DNA of 10,992 nucleotides. Source: Limisphaerales bacterium. GTDB taxonomy: Bacteria > Verrucomicrobiota > Verrucomicrobiia > Limisphaerales > JAJOIW01. The notes under the pieces are model-generated. The model was not told where the DNA came from and ran no database searches. It saw nothing but the letters and a program-made list of their open reading frames with translations. Below, piece by piece: positions 1-7,680 of this stretch (positions are counted from its first letter, which is position 1; each line of letters opens with the position of its first letter). A program made the translations under genes and the position numbers. Where the stretch lies: positions 86,742-97,733 of the forward strand of contig CBFHOE010000008.1 of the NCBI GenBank assembly GCA_965657355.1. The letters are read 5' to 3'.

Positions 1-1
1 C

Positions 2-1024
2 ATTAGGCATAGGGGAGAATTTCTTAGTCCAACGGTCCAATCTCCAGCGGGAATCCCTGAATTTTTAAAACGAAATAATGGAGCCCCGGAACCTCAAAAT
101 CGACTGGAATTCGCACGTTGGCTATTTAATCACGATAACCCTCTGACAGCTCGCGTCTTCGTGAATAGAACTTGGGCTCGCTTTTTCGGCAAAGGTATCG
201 TTTCAACGTTGGATGATTTGGGAGCCCAAGGCGCCGCTCCATCACATCCTGAGCTTTTAGATTGGCTTGCTGACGAGTTTAGGCAATCGGGGTGGAACAT
301 TAAATATCTGCATCAATTGATAGTTAGTTCAGCTACGTATAGGCAATCTTCTGTCAGGCAACCTGACGCGGATGCCATTGATCCATTTAATAATTACTAT
401 CATAGGGGTGATCGGATACGGCTGGATGCTGAGATGATCAGAGATACAGCGCTGCAGGTTTCAGGTCTTTTATCTCTTAAGGTGGGCGGGGCTGGAGTTT
501 TTCCGGTTCAAGATCCCTCGGTAACAAAACTGGCCTATGGAAGCCCTAAATACTCTTCAAGCAGCGGTGAAAATAAATACCGCCGTGGTATCTATACCTT
601 TTGGAAGCGCACCTCTCCTTATGCTTCGTTTATGATGTTCGACTCTCCTTCTTCTGACATGGTTTGTACCAAGCGTGAGAAATCCAATACTCCTCTTCAA
701 TCATTAGTCTTATTGAATGACGGCGTCTATGTCGAGGCGGCTCAATCATTGGCCAAATCTATGATTTCAGAATACAAAATGGATTTAGATCAATTTATCA
801 CTAAGCTCTATTTTAAAGTTCTATCGAGAAAGCCGACTGCCAATGAAATCCTTGTAATAAAAGATTTTCTAAATGTTATTAAGACATCAGTTAAAGAAAA
901 CAAGACTGCAGGTTTAAAAGTGCCTCAGGGTATTTCTCACATGGTTTCAGAGTCGGAATGGACTTCCGTTCTTTCTGCATGCAGAGCGATATTAAATACA
1001 GATGAAATGATTACCCGGCCATAA
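2..1024 (+). CDS. DUF1553 (PSD1) domain protein, C-terminal part; 5'-truncated by the window edge
   Basis: The frame is open from base 2 ([10 protein letters not shown]...[25 protein letters not shown]), so the GTG at 161 is internal. Typical DUF1553 motifs: NPLTARVxVNRx[51 protein letters not shown]. It lies directly upstream of a DUF1501 gene, the usual arrangement. Confidence 0.93.
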   Translation: MRHRGEFLSPTVQSPAGIPEFLKRNNGAPEPQNRLEFARWLFNHDNPLTARVFVNRTWARFFGKGIVSTLDDLGAQGAAPSHPELLDWLADEFRQSGWNIKYLHQLIVSSATYRQSSVRQPDADAIDPFNNYYHRGDRIRLDAEMIRDTALQVSGLLSLKVGGAGVFPVQDPSVTKLAYGSPKYSSSSGENKYRRGIYTFWKRTSPYASFMMFDSPSSDMVCTKREKSNTPLQSLVLLNDGVYVEAAQSLAKSMISEYKMDLDQFITKLYFKVLSRKPTANEILVIKDFLNVIKTSVKENKTAGLKVPQGISHMVSESEWTSVLSACRAILNTDEMITRP

Positions 1025-1062
1025 CTGACGGGCCCCGAATAATTTAATATTTCGATTTGAAA

Positions 1063-2487
1063 ATGGATTTACTTAAAAGGACATTGATCGAGCAGAGAAC
1101 TCGGCGACATTTTTTTAAAGATTGTGGTCTTGGGCTCGCCTCCATGGCATTAGCTGGTTATACAAACACTCATGCTAAAGAAAATCGCTCCCGCCAAAAA
1201 AGACCCCACTATCCCCCAAAGATCAAGAATGTTATTTACTTGTTCATGGCAGGAGCTCCAAGCCAACTAGATCTTTATGATGAAAAACCCGAGCTCACTA
1301 AGCTTGAAGGGAAACCTTTGCCAGCATCAGTGATAGGAGAACAAAGGTTTGCTTTTATTGACCCTGACGCTGGCGTTTTATCTCCGCGTTTCCCCTTTTC
1401 AAATCATGGTCAATCTGGTGCTCGAATTTCAAGCGTGCTACCCCATTTGGCGGAGGTCGTCGATGAATTAGCCATACTTAAAGGCGTTCATACTGACCAG
1501 TTTAATCATGCCCCCGCTCAAATATTTCTCAATACAGGGAGTGCACAATTGGGGAGGCCCAGTATGGGGTCATGGGCCGTTTATGGACTTGGCAGTGATT
1601 CTTCAGATTTACCTGGATTTGTTGTGCTGAATTCCGGTGGTGGACTGAGTGGTGGGGCCGCATGCTGGAGTAGTGGGTTCATGCCATCCATATATTCGGG
1701 GGTGCCTTTTCGTTCCGACGGAGACCCCATCTTAAATCTTTCTAATCCAAATGGCATTTCAAGAGATTTGCAGGGGAAAACAATTGACCTAGTCAACACC
1801 CTGAACCAGGAAACCTTTAATACTTTTGGCGATCCAGAGACTCTCACCAGAGTGGCCAATTATGAGAAAGCTTTTAGAATGCAGGTTAGTGGGCCAGAAC
1901 TTATTGATTTTTCAAAAGAGCGGGATGAGACATTGAAAATGTATGGCCTGTCAAAAGAAAGCAATTCGGGATCATTTGCAAGGAATTGCCTTCTTGCCAG
2001 GCGTATGGTGGAACGTGGGGTAAGATTTGTTCAGTGTTATCATACCGGGTGGGATCATCACTCCAATGTCGAAGGGGGATTGAAAAATCAATGCAAGCAA
2101 ACCGATCGGGCTGCTTCAGCACTCATTAAAGATTTGAAGCTGAGAGGTCTTTTGGATGAAACATTGGTCGTCTGGGGTGGAGAGTTCGGGAGAACTGCAA
2201 TGGTTGAATCCAGCGCAGCTTTAGGGCGATCAGCAGGAAGAGACCACCACTCGCATGCATTCACAATGTGGATGGCTGGTGGTGGCATCAAGAAAGGTAT
2301 CACCTTGGGAAAAACAGACGAGCTTGGTTATTATGTCGTTGAGGACCCTGTTCATATTCATGATTTACAAGCGACTCTTCTTCATCTTCTAGGGTTAGAT
2401 CACGAGAGATTGACATATAGATTTAAAGGGCGAGATTTTCGCCTCACAGATATTCATGGAAAAGTCGTCGACAAAATTCTGGCTTAA
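1063..2487 (+). CDS. DUF1501 family protein (alkaline phosphatase/sulfatase-like fold) with Tat signal
   Basis: Motifs IYLFMAGAPSQLDLYDEKP, NHAPAQ, RPSMGSWAVYGLG, CLLARRMVERGVRFVQ, GWDHH, WGGEFGRT, GRDHH, HIHDLQATLLHLLGLDH. N-terminal TRRHFFK followed by a hydrophobic stretch. Start is ATG 1063 or TTG 1057. Confidence 0.93.
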   Translation: MDLLKRTLIEQRTRRHFFKDCGLGLASMALAGYTNTHAKENRSRQKRPHYPPKIKNVIYLFMAGAPSQLDLYDEKPELTKLEGKPLPASVIGEQRFAFIDPDAGVLSPRFPFSNHGQSGARISSVLPHLAEVVDELAILKGVHTDQFNHAPAQIFLNTGSAQLGRPSMGSWAVYGLGSDSSDLPGFVVLNSGGGLSGGAACWSSGFMPSIYSGVPFRSDGDPILNLSNPNGISRDLQGKTIDLVNTLNQETFNTFGDPETLTRVANYEKAFRMQVSGPELIDFSKERDETLKMYGLSKESNSGSFARNCLLARRMVERGVRFVQCYHTGWDHHSNVEGGLKNQCKQTDRAASALIKDLKLRGLLDETLVVWGGEFGRTAMVESSAALGRSAGRDHHSHAFTMWMAGGGIKKGITLGKTDELGYYVVEDPVHIHDLQATLLHLLGLDHERLTYRFKGRDFRLTDIHGKVVDKILA

Positions 2488-2502
2488 ATCCAGATCGAAA
2501 GT

Positions 2503-3189
2503 ATGACAGATATTCCTGAAATTTCATTAAAACTAGCCATGTCCCTGGATGGCAAAATTGCGACTAAAACCGGGGATTCCAAATGGATTACTGGTCCACT
2601 ATCAAGAGCGAGAGTTATGAGTATTCGCGCTCAACAAGATGCCATCTTGACCGGTGTCAATACCGTGATTGCAGATGATCCCACATTTACTGTGAGGAAT
2701 AATGAGGATGTCATCGACCGATCTTCGAATCATAAAAGAATCGTTTTGGATACCCATGGAAGGAGCCCTTCCAGTGCCAGGATTTTTCAAGATTGTGATC
2801 AAAACCCAACACTCATAATAGGTGGCCCCAGATACAATGATAAATTGAAGAATAGATTTGAGCTAATGGGTGTTGAGTTCATTACAGCACCATTAGACAT
2901 CAATCGGATCGATATTCACTTTGTTTTGAAGCTGATTTACCAGACTGGGGTTAGGAAATTGTTGGTAGAGTCCGGTGGTGAAGTTGCCGCTTCTTTTCTT
3001 AAAACTGGTTTCGTATCCAAGGTATATTTTTTCTATGGGCCTGTGATATTGGGCGGTCAGGATGCCATTCCTGCGATCGCAGGGGATGGGGCGGAAGGTC
3101 TGGAAGAAATTCATAAGTTGTTGCATTGGAAGATCGAACATTTGGGAAAAGATCTCCTGTTAACCGGCTCTCTCGATTCGCAGCATTGA
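2503..3189 (+). CDS. Stand-alone RibD C-terminal reductase (5-amino-6-(5-phosphoribosylamino)uracil reductase-like), no deaminase domain
   Basis: LKLAMSLDGKIA, SKWITG, R..DAILTGVNTVIADDP, RIVLD, LLVESGG and PVILGG match RibD_C. The protein is only 228 aa and has no HAE or PCxxC zinc-deaminase motif. Confidence 0.88.
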   Translation: MTDIPEISLKLAMSLDGKIATKTGDSKWITGPLSRARVMSIRAQQDAILTGVNTVIADDPTFTVRNNEDVIDRSSNHKRIVLDTHGRSPSSARIFQDCDQNPTLIIGGPRYNDKLKNRFELMGVEFITAPLDINRIDIHFVLKLIYQTGVRKLLVESGGEVAASFLKTGFVSKVYFFYGPVILGGQDAIPAIAGDGAEGLEEIHKLLHWKIEHLGKDLLLTGSLDSQH

Positions 3190-3258
3190 AACGAAGCCTA
3201 TTCCCCAAAAAATGGGATTTATGACGGCACGATCAAGCGGATTCTCATAGGAATAACC

Positions 3259-3287
3259 TTGATCAAACAAATGGTGTGTCCTATATT
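3259..3287 (+). promoter_or_regulatory. Putative sigma70 promoter for the pilin-like gene
   Basis: TTGATC (3259-3264), 17-nt spacer, TATATT (3282-3287), ending 14 nt before ATG 3302. Confidence 0.55.
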
Positions 3288-3301
3288 TTTACTAGAGATC
3301 T

Positions 3302-4135
3302 ATGAATACAACACAGAAAAAGGGTGGTTTTACCCTCATTGAGTTGTTGGTCGTTATAGCTATTATTGCGATTCTCGCCAGCATGTTACTTCCTGCTTTG
3401 GGCAAAGCTAAATTGAAAGCTATTTCTGCTAATTGCGTCGGTAATCAAAGGCAGCTTGCACTTGGATTTACCATGTATGCTAATGATAACAATGATTCCA
3501 TGATTCCTACTGCAGGTAATCCCGCTGGTGGATTTTGGCCAGGTTGGAGAAGGCCTAATGGAGCACCTGCAAATGTGACAACAGGCACAACTAGGCAACA
3601 AGCTGAACAATTCGTCAAAAACGGTGTCAGGTTTGGCCCTTTGTTTAACTACGTTCCCAATGCAGGTTCTTATCATTGCCCAGGTGATTTACGCTACAAA
3701 AGATTGCGTCCGGGTGCGGGTTGGGCGTATGTAAGTTACTCTAAAGCCAACGGAATGAATGGTGGTGGATGGCAAGGAGGAGCTCAGCCCCCATATCAAA
3801 GATTATGCGATGTCTTTCAACCTTCTGCGGCTATGGTTTTCGTCGAAGAGGCTGACCCAAGGCAATTCAACAGAGGAACCTGGGTTATTAATACACAGCC
3901 TAACGCGGGCTGGGTTGATCCTTTTGCTGTCTTTCATGGTATTAGTAGTTCATTCGGTTTTGCAGATGGACATGCAGAAAATCATAAGTGGCTTGAATCA
4001 ACGACAATCAAAGCCGCTCAAAGCTCAAGCGAAGGTCGAAATTCCTTCTTTTGGAACGGTGGCATGGCAAGACTCAATAGAGATTTCCAGTGGGTCCACA
4101 GAAATTACAAACACAAAAATTTCAGACCGCTATAA
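3302..4135 (+). CDS. Prepilin-type N-terminal cleavage/methylation protein with C-terminal H-X9-DG motif (DUF1559-like PVC family)
   Basis: [28 protein letters not shown] class III signal, CxxNxRQL, YHCPGD, and [13 protein letters not shown] (H-X9-DG). Confidence 0.93.
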   Translation: MNTTQKKGGFTLIELLVVIAIIAILASMLLPALGKAKLKAISANCVGNQRQLALGFTMYANDNNDSMIPTAGNPAGGFWPGWRRPNGAPANVTTGTTRQQAEQFVKNGVRFGPLFNYVPNAGSYHCPGDLRYKRLRPGAGWAYVSYSKANGMNGGGWQGGAQPPYQRLCDVFQPSAAMVFVEEADPRQFNRGTWVINTQPNAGWVDPFAVFHGISSSFGFADGHAENHKWLESTTIKAAQSSSEGRNSFFWNGGMARLNRDFQWVHRNYKHKNFRPL

Positions 4136-4165
4136 GGTATTCCATTATTTTTTATCAGACCTGAT

Positions 4166-4196
4166 GAACCCATTTTATATGGGTTCTTTTTTTTTT
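4166..4196 (+). terminator. Rho-independent terminator of the pilin-like gene
   Basis: 8-bp stem GAACCCAT (4166-4173) / ATGGGTTC (4179-4186), 5-nt loop, then 10 T, starting 30 nt after the stop codon. Confidence 0.85.
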
Positions 4197-4231
4197 ACGA
4201 ATAGGCATTTGAAATTTTTCATATTTACGAC

Positions 4232-4259
4232 TTGATTTCGGTTTCAGATTTGGTAGAAA
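4232..4259 (+). promoter_or_regulatory. Possible tRNA promoter
   Basis: TTGATT (4232-4237), 16 nt, TAGAAA (4254-4259) with an upstream TG (extended -10-like). It lies between the terminator and the tRNA start. Confidence 0.35.
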
Positions 4260-4273
4260 TTTCGGTCCTTGGC

Positions 4274-4347
4274 AGTCCGGTGGTGTAATGGTAGCACACG
4301 AGGTTTTGGTCCTCTTTGTCAGGGTTCGAATCCTTGCCGGACTACCA
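4274..4347 (+). tRNA. tRNA-Gln, anticodon TTG
   Basis: Cloverleaf: acceptor AGTCCGG/CCGGACT; D arm GTGTAATGGTAGCAC; anticodon arm CGAGG-TT TTG GT-CCTCT; T arm CAGGG-TTCGAAT-CCTTG; discriminator A; encoded CCA. Confidence 0.97.
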
Positions 4348-4446
4348 TTTTATTCTGCTTCTTCCTTCACCTCAGTGAAAACTTTCCACGCTCGAAAAGA
4401 TTTGGAATGAGCTCACTACTGATATTAGGATTTAATAACCGATCAG

Positions 4447-4452
4447 TATAAT
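4447..4452 (+). promoter_or_regulatory. Putative -10 element for the methyltransferase/glycosyltransferase pair
   Basis: Perfect TATAAT ending 13 nt before ATG 4466. No good -35 element, and the context is AT-rich. Confidence 0.4.
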
Positions 4453-4465
4453 TACTAAATTATTT

Positions 4466-5404
4466 ATGGGTATTGAAATCGAGTCAGCCAGATTTTTACT
4501 TGGAGCCAAAGAAAGCGGAGTGTGCTTTGACCATACTCTCACACTTGGTCGGCAGCATTATTTTGCCTCTCGCTCTGAGACAAAATTACTTCTCTCCGAA
4601 ATTGGTAAAGAGAGTGAGTTCGATAGAGCCGGTTTTCCCAATGAGTATCCCCACTATGCCGAACCCTTCTGGAGACTTCTAGGAGGAAATACAATTGATT
4701 CAATGGACGCGAGTAGCTTCGAAGACGCTAACATCGTTCATGATTTAAACTCGCCTGTGCCAGAAAGCCTGAAGTTAAAATACGATGCTTTGTGCGATGT
4801 TGGCACTTTGGAGCATGTTTTTAATTTCCCTATGGCAATAAAAAACTGTATGGAGATGCTAAAAGTCGGTGGACGGTTTTTTACTTTCACCCCATCAAAC
4901 AATTATTGTGGTCACGGGTTTTATCAGTTTAGCCCAGAACTATTTTACCAAATTTTCAATGATGATAATGGTTTTGAAGTTGAGAGGATCGTTGCTGTCG
5001 AATACGGCCCGGGTCGACGTTGGAATGATGTCAATAAACCTTCAGAGATAAAATCTAGGGTCAATGTGATTAACAGCTACCCAGTTTTACTTTTTGTTCA
5101 AGCCCGGAAAACTGAGGATAGACAATACGATAAACTCTGCCCGCAACAAAGTGATTATCAATCTCTTTGGAATGAATCAAGCGAGGTGGAAAATAAAGAG
5201 GCGAAAACTAAAGTTAATGCTGACAGTCAGCAACCGTCGGCGCTGGTGCCATCTGCAAAAGGAAAATTAAAGACCTTCTTGCTGAATTATTTTCCAAAAC
5301 TTTCCAGGTCACTGGAGTCAATTTATACTGCTCGGTTTGACAAGAATTTTTCTTTTAAAAATAAAGTGATGTATAAAAGAAATTCAAAAAAACTAAATCA
5401 GTGA
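4466..5404 (+). CDS. Class I SAM-dependent methyltransferase-like protein
   Basis: IDSMD...ANIVHDLN, KYDALCDVGTLEHVFN...AIKNCMEMLKVGGRF and TPSNNYCGHGFYQFSP resemble Methyltransf_11/23-like motifs seen in glycan loci. Motif I is degenerate (TLTLGRQ). Confidence 0.7.
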   Translation: MGIEIESARFLLGAKESGVCFDHTLTLGRQHYFASRSETKLLLSEIGKESEFDRAGFPNEYPHYAEPFWRLLGGNTIDSMDASSFEDANIVHDLNSPVPESLKLKYDALCDVGTLEHVFNFPMAIKNCMEMLKVGGRFFTFTPSNNYCGHGFYQFSPELFYQIFNDDNGFEVERIVAVEYGPGRRWNDVNKPSEIKSRVNVINSYPVLLFVQARKTEDRQYDKLCPQQSDYQSLWNESSEVENKEAKTKVNADSQQPSALVPSAKGKLKTFLLNYFPKLSRSLESIYTARFDKNFSFKNKVMYKRNSKKLNQ

Positions 5405-5417
5405 GGTTAGAGGCATT

Positions 5418-6206
5418 GTGAAGCAAGGCGTTGTAACAGTTGTTTTCGGAAATCATGCAGAGGAGTTAGATGTAACTTTCACTAGCTTTAGAAAAAATCC
5501 CGAGTATGAGCTTCATGCTTTTATCATCGGCGAAAGCTTGCCTAACCACAAGATCGATGGGATTCAGTATCACCTAAGAGAACCTGACCCAAAATTTTCT
5601 ACAAGGATCAGGGATGCGGATTTCCGTAGATGGCAATTTATTGATGAATTGGATTTAGACTATGCCTTGGTTGTTGATGGGCGAGATGTCTTGTGTTTGC
5701 AACCTATTCCAAATATTCCTGATCTGCTTCGGGGAAGCTCTGTTGGTGCCGTTAATGAGCATCCCGGCGGGCGTTATGTTATTGATGAAATTTATTGTGG
5801 TAATTTTGTCAATGCTGGTGTCACCTTTTGGGATATTAAGGCCTCAAAAGATATTAGGGATCACATTTTGGATCATGGCTCTCATTATTACCGAAACGAT
5901 GTTGATGATCAGCTATCTTTGAATGAGGTTATTTATACTCAATATTTAGATAGACTTATGTTGTTGCCTTGCACATATAATTACAGGGCATACCTAAATA
6001 AAAAAGTGCACGGATGGCCAACTACAAAATCATTTAATGGGGTTAAAATTTATCATCATGACGAATGCCTCAAAGCACTTGATCAAGATGAGATCAAGTC
6101 CACGATAAGCCTTCCAAAATTACCTGTCGATTCTGGTCCCCTTAACAAAAGAAAGCAATTTCTACGGAAAGTTCGACAAAGGCTCAAACCTCATTTAATT
6201 CGATAG
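5418..6206 (+). CDS. GT-A fold glycosyltransferase, GT8-like
   Basis: GTG start preceded by GAGG. ALVVDGRDVL (DxD-like), FVNAGVTFWD, DDQLSLN, LPCTYNY and KIYHH follow the order of GT8 motifs (NxGV, DQ, YN, H). Basic C-terminal helix. Confidence 0.7.
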   Translation: MKQGVVTVVFGNHAEELDVTFTSFRKNPEYELHAFIIGESLPNHKIDGIQYHLREPDPKFSTRIRDADFRRWQFIDELDLDYALVVDGRDVLCLQPIPNIPDLLRGSSVGAVNEHPGGRYVIDEIYCGNFVNAGVTFWDIKASKDIRDHILDHGSHYYRNDVDDQLSLNEVIYTQYLDRLMLLPCTYNYRAYLNKKVHGWPTTKSFNGVKIYHHDECLKALDQDEIKSTISLPKLPVDSGPLNKRKQFLRKVRQRLKPHLIR

Positions 6207-6240
6207 TTAGATTCAAAAAGGAAGTTGAAAGTCGGTCCAA

Positions 6241-7680
6241 CTATGAAAATAAAGGTTCAATAAGTTGGCCTCCAAACTGGGAAAGCTGCTTGAACCTGCC
6301 TGCATGAAAATAAGTCAACGCATTATCATCAAGGCCTAGCAGATGTAAAAGGGACACATGGAGATCCCTAATATGGTGTATTTCTTCGACAGCATTGGCG
6401 CCAATATCGTCGGTAGCACCAACGATATGGCCGGCCTTTACGCCTCCTCCTGCAAGCCAAACGGTCATTGCCTTTGGGTTGTGGTCCCTTCCGTATGCTG
6501 TGCCTCCTCGAATACCATTATCTGGTGTTCTACCAAATTCTCCGGCCCATACGATGAGGGTTTCATCTAACAAACCTCTTCTCTTGAGATCCTTTATGAG
6601 TGCCGCAATAGGTTGGTCAACAGATTGAACTAAAGCCCCATGTGCCTTTTTTATGTAATCATGAGAATCCCAAGTACCGGCATATAATTGAACAAACCGA
6701 ACACCACTCTCCACGAGCTTTCTTGCAAGTAGGCACTTCCTTGCCATTTTGTGAGTCATGGGTTGGTTGTATCCATATTCGGATAGAGTGGCTTGATTTT
6801 CGGCTGATAAGTCGAGTATTTCGGGTATCTCCATTTGCATCTGGAAAGCCTGCTCAAATTGTGCGATTCGAGCCGCCAAGTCAGGATGTTGTGAAAATTT
6901 CTTTTCATGAATAGTGTTGAGCTGGTTCATGAATCCAAATTGCTTGGCCCTGTAGTCTTGTGTCGCTCCCTCCCTTGGAGATAGGTAAGCGATAGGTGAG
7001 CCTTGAGGTCTCATTGGAGTACCTTGATAATTTGGTGGCAGAAAACCATTATTCCAATTTCCGCTTCCACCTTGTGGATGAGATGATTCGGGAAGAACAA
7101 CAAATGAAGGTAAGTTTTCATTAATGGATCCAAGACCATAGGTGGCCCATGATCCAAGGCTGGGATCTCCAGGAAATCGATTTCCAGTATTCAGTTGATA
7201 TAAAGCTGACGGGTGATTTACTGAATCAACCTGACAACCTCTATAAAAACAAAGGTCATCAGCCACGGTGGCTAAGTGTTTCCAGTTAGTAGCCATATCA
7301 ACCCCAGATTGACCAACTTTTGAAAATTCAAATGGGCTTCTAACATAATACCTAGTCCCACTCTCCATTGCTGATTTATCCAATCCTTTTCGAACAAATT
7401 TTTGGAGATGAATCCTATTGAGCTCTGGCTTCGGATCAAATGTATCGATGTGGCTTGGGCCTCCTTCCATGGTTAGAAAAATACACCTTTTAGCTTTAGA
7501 GATGTGATGAGCTATTGGTCGGTTGCCTTTCAATGGCGACGAAACGGCCTGTAGTGTCTGGTTTAAAGCAATCGCTCCGATGCTTGCCCCGAGGCTGTAG
7601 AGAAAATCACGTCTCGCATGTATGGAGTTTGAATGCATCATGTTGGCAGATCTTGGAACCGTTTGTTTGTTAGAAGACAT
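6241..7680 (-). CDS. DUF1501 family protein with Tat signal (second paralog)
   Basis: ARRDFLY Tat motif; IFLTMEGGPSHIDTFDPKP, NHPSA, PSLGSWATYGLG, CLLARKLVESGVRFVQL, WDSH, WAGEFGRTP, GRDHNP. Start uncertain: ATG 7680 (11-nt overlap with the upstream gene), 7641/7638, or 7692. Confidence 0.92.
   Translation of the reverse strand: MSSNKQTVPRSANMMHSNSIHARRDFLYSLGASIGAIALNQTLQAVSSPLKGNRPIAHHISKAKRCIFLTMEGGPSHIDTFDPKPELNRIHLQKFVRKGLDKSAMESGTRYYVRSPFEFSKVGQSGVDMATNWKHLATVADDLCFYRGCQVDSVNHPSALYQLNTGNRFPGDPSLGSWATYGLGSINENLPSFVVLPESSHPQGGSGNWNNGFLPPNYQGTPMRPQGSPIAYLSPREGATQDYRAKQFGFMNQLNTIHEKKFSQHPDLAARIAQFEQAFQMQMEIPEILDLSAENQATLSEYGYNQPMTHKMARKCLLARKLVESGVRFVQLYAGTWDSHDYIKKAHGALVQSVDQPIAALIKDLKRRGLLDETLIVWAGEFGRTPDNGIRGGTAYGRDHNPKAMTVWLAGGGVKAGHIVGATDDIGANAVEEIHHIRDLHVSLLHLLGLDDNALTYFHAGRFKQLSQFGGQLIEPLFS

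Noticed and set aside
161..163. GTG 161 as the start of the first gene
   Set aside because: The frame is open and DUF1553-like from base 2, so the true start is upstream of the window.
1581..3208. Short minus-strand ORFs within the DUF1501 and RibD_C genes
   Set aside because: Antisense shadows of well-supported genes, with no recognisable motifs.
3225..3238. Sigma54-like CGGCAC...GC
   Set aside because: The GG-to-GC spacing is 9 nt rather than the strict 10, and TTGC is missing.
3759..4235. 158-aa alternative-frame ORF overlapping the pilin-like gene
   Set aside because: It overlaps a conserved gene out of frame, runs through the terminator and has no motif.
4269..4451. 60-aa ORF
   Set aside because: It is a translation of the tRNA-Gln gene.
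4320..6240. Integrative element at tRNA-Gln
   Set aside because: No integrase and no duplicated tRNA 3' end seen in the window.
6207..6240. Bidirectional terminator between the convergent genes (TTCAA/TTGAA)
   Set aside because: Only a 5-bp AT-rich stem, too weak to call.
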